Assembly: GCA_030390025.1 (NCBI GenBank)
Contig: CM059438.1
Location: 53,074,001-53,138,000 of the forward strand
Source of the DNA: Squalus acanthias
Lineage: Eukaryota
Direction: 5' to 3'
DNA length: 64,000 nt
Position 1 is the stretch's first letter, and the number at the start of each line of letters is the position of its first letter. The notes beneath the pieces are model-generated. The model searched no databases. It was given only the letters and a program-made list of their open reading frames with translations, and was not told the origin of the DNA. The position numbers and the translations under genes were made by a program. Positions 61,819 to 64,000 of this stretch are shown in pieces.

Positions 61819-63704
61819 TACAAGAAAAGCCAACCAGTTAGGCCGAGCTCTCGGGGTGATTCGTGACGCCGTGCCATTGACGGGAGGAAGACTGATCACC
61901 TGTGTGTCCTGGGCACAGATGAGTACCTGAGGTTGTACTGTGTGTAGTTGGTAGTAATATTTATGTTTAAGTTGGTGAATAAAAACTCTATCAAGTCCAG
62001 TGGCCAAACTCTTCTTTTAATCGATACCGAGTGGGCAAGTAAGATTAAACCACCCACAAGCCCTCGAGCCTTTTCCGCCATTCTGTTAGATCATGACTGG
62101 TCTGTATCTTAACTCAATCTACCCACCTTTGCTCCATATCGCTTGATACACTTACCTAACAAAAATCTATCGACCTCAGTCTTCAAAATTTCAATCATTC
62201 ATCCACAGCCTTTTGAGGGAGAGAGTTCTAGACTTCCATTATCCTTTGTGTGAAAAACTGTTGCATGCTATATTCTCCATAATTTGGCCATTACAATGCG
62301 ATTGGGCCTTCCAAACACAGAAGGTGAGGAGGGAGAAGGTGCAGGAGAGCAATCCCCTGCTCACGATGAAGAATTCCAAGAGAGCGAGGGCCTAGACAAC
62401 CCACTGCTAGCAGCACATTGCTTCAGACAGGAGATCATCACCAACTTCTTCCATTAAACAGGTTGCCCTCCATCTGCATGACACAGTAAATCCTTTCATG
62501 ATCTTTGCATTGCTCTCATAACCCTTCAGCTAATCTGTAAGACCTCTCATAGTTTCTCTGGGAGAGGACAGTTGCAAACATTAATCACCATATAAGGGAG
62601 ATCACCGGAGGTCTCCCAGGGAAAAGTACACAAACACATCGAATAGCCAGAAATGTACAAGTTTACTACCATCTCGTCTCTTCATTGTGCCGTACTGCTG
62701 CTGCTACTTCTTATCAACATGACTATCCTTTATGCCTAAAATGATCCTAACCTCTTACTCATACACTGTGTGACCTCAGTGAAATCCTGGAAGACTGCGG
62801 TGGCTCACATCTGACTGAAGCCGATGTCATGAGGACCTGTATCCAGTGTCATGTCACTTGCGCATTCAATGCTTGCCTAACCCAGGCCAGAAGCTCCCTT
62901 CTGTACTGCCTTTGGAGGAGCTGCATTGATGCAGACACATTGTCACTGCCACAAGAAATAGCAACATCGGCAGCCATTCCTTGCAGCCCACTAGTGGTGT
63001 GCACAGGCTCAGTTGGTCTGCGCGAGAGCAGGTCGAATAGTCCCAATTAAATCCTAAAAGCCCTGAGCTAGGATGCTCTTCAGGCCATCTATGGAAGCAG
63101 TCACTGTTGACACGTCAGAAGTGACAACTGTGCTTTGACAACTGCATTGATCTCCTGAACTGCCAGAGTCACCAGGGTGTTCCTCAGGTCCCACATTGTA
63201 TTGCAGATATGGTTGTGGACTCCAACTTTTCCACTATCTACTCCATTTGAGAGGAGACTTTCTCCACTGTACACATAGATTTTTGTCCTTGGACTTCTCA
63301 GCCAAGGGGAGTCATTTCTGTCCCCTCAGGGGGAGAGTCAGCAGCTTCACCATCTTAGTCCCTCCTAGTGCCTCCTGGTCACTGGTACACTGTGACTCAC
63401 CCAGAGATATCCTCTCAGTCTCAGTAATGCCCTCATCTCAGCTGGATGTATCTAGCCTGATACTTAAGTAAGTACGATGCCATCCTGGTGTAGTGAATCA
63501 GGTGGAGGAAGGGCCTATCTGGAGGTTCCAGGTTGCTTGTCAGATGCTTATTTCTGTAAATGTTCAGCACTTGTGAGGGACACAAAGAACACTCATCCTA
63601 GGAGGGTGCTTTCTGACTTGTGAATCAGAAGCTGTGACTGAACAACAGCAGGAGGCCTTTCAAATCATCAGAAAGTGCAGTCAGCAAAAACTCAGCCTGA
63701 AGGG

Positions 63705-63888
63705 GCGGTGGAAGCAGATTCAATAGCAACTTTCAAAAGGGAATTGGATATATATTTTTAAAAAGCAACATTTTCAGGGTTATGGGGAAAGAGCAGGGGC
63801 ATGGGACTAATTGGATAGCTCTTTCAAAGAGCTGGCACAGGCACGATGGGCCAGATGGCCTCTTGCTGTTCTGTATGATTCTATGATA
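63705..63888 (+). mobile_element. CR1 3' end fragment
   Basis: Ends in gggccagatggcctc...gtatgattctatga. Confidence 0.75.
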
Positions 63889-64000
63889 CATCTCATAAAT
63901 CACCTCATGCAGTGGAGAAGGGTGCTAGGCCCTCATGTGAAGTAATTAGAGGGGCCCTTAAGGGAGTAGGCACATTAACACTCTCCAGAGAGACAGTAAC

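Overview
Vertebrate genomic DNA, most likely a cartilaginous fish (shark-type CR1/L2 LINEs, SacSINE1-like DeuSINEs, abundant PIF/Harbinger elements). The only host gene I can support is an ABCG2-family ABC transporter on the minus strand: first coding exon 46047-46358, Walker-A exon 5714-5773, and a candidate non-coding first exon and CpG island near 60.8-61.2 kb. Its 40 kb intron and upstream intron are almost entirely transposon-derived, with nests up to four levels deep. Highlights: (1) a young endogenous retrovirus (50.65-56.23 kb) with class III/spuma-like RT motifs, a gamma-type env, a tRNA-Ser PBS, a small membrane ORF between pol and env and an R-region hairpin; (2) a conserved T_TTA_AAY -1 slippery site at the ORF1/ORF2 junction of three CR1 subfamilies; (3) a near-intact GC-rich CsRn1/Kabuki-type Gypsy element; (4) an older tRNA-His-primed LTR element; (5) a Penelope-type insertion with a hammerhead ribozyme core. 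All calls were made by eye and TE boundaries without TSDs are approximate.
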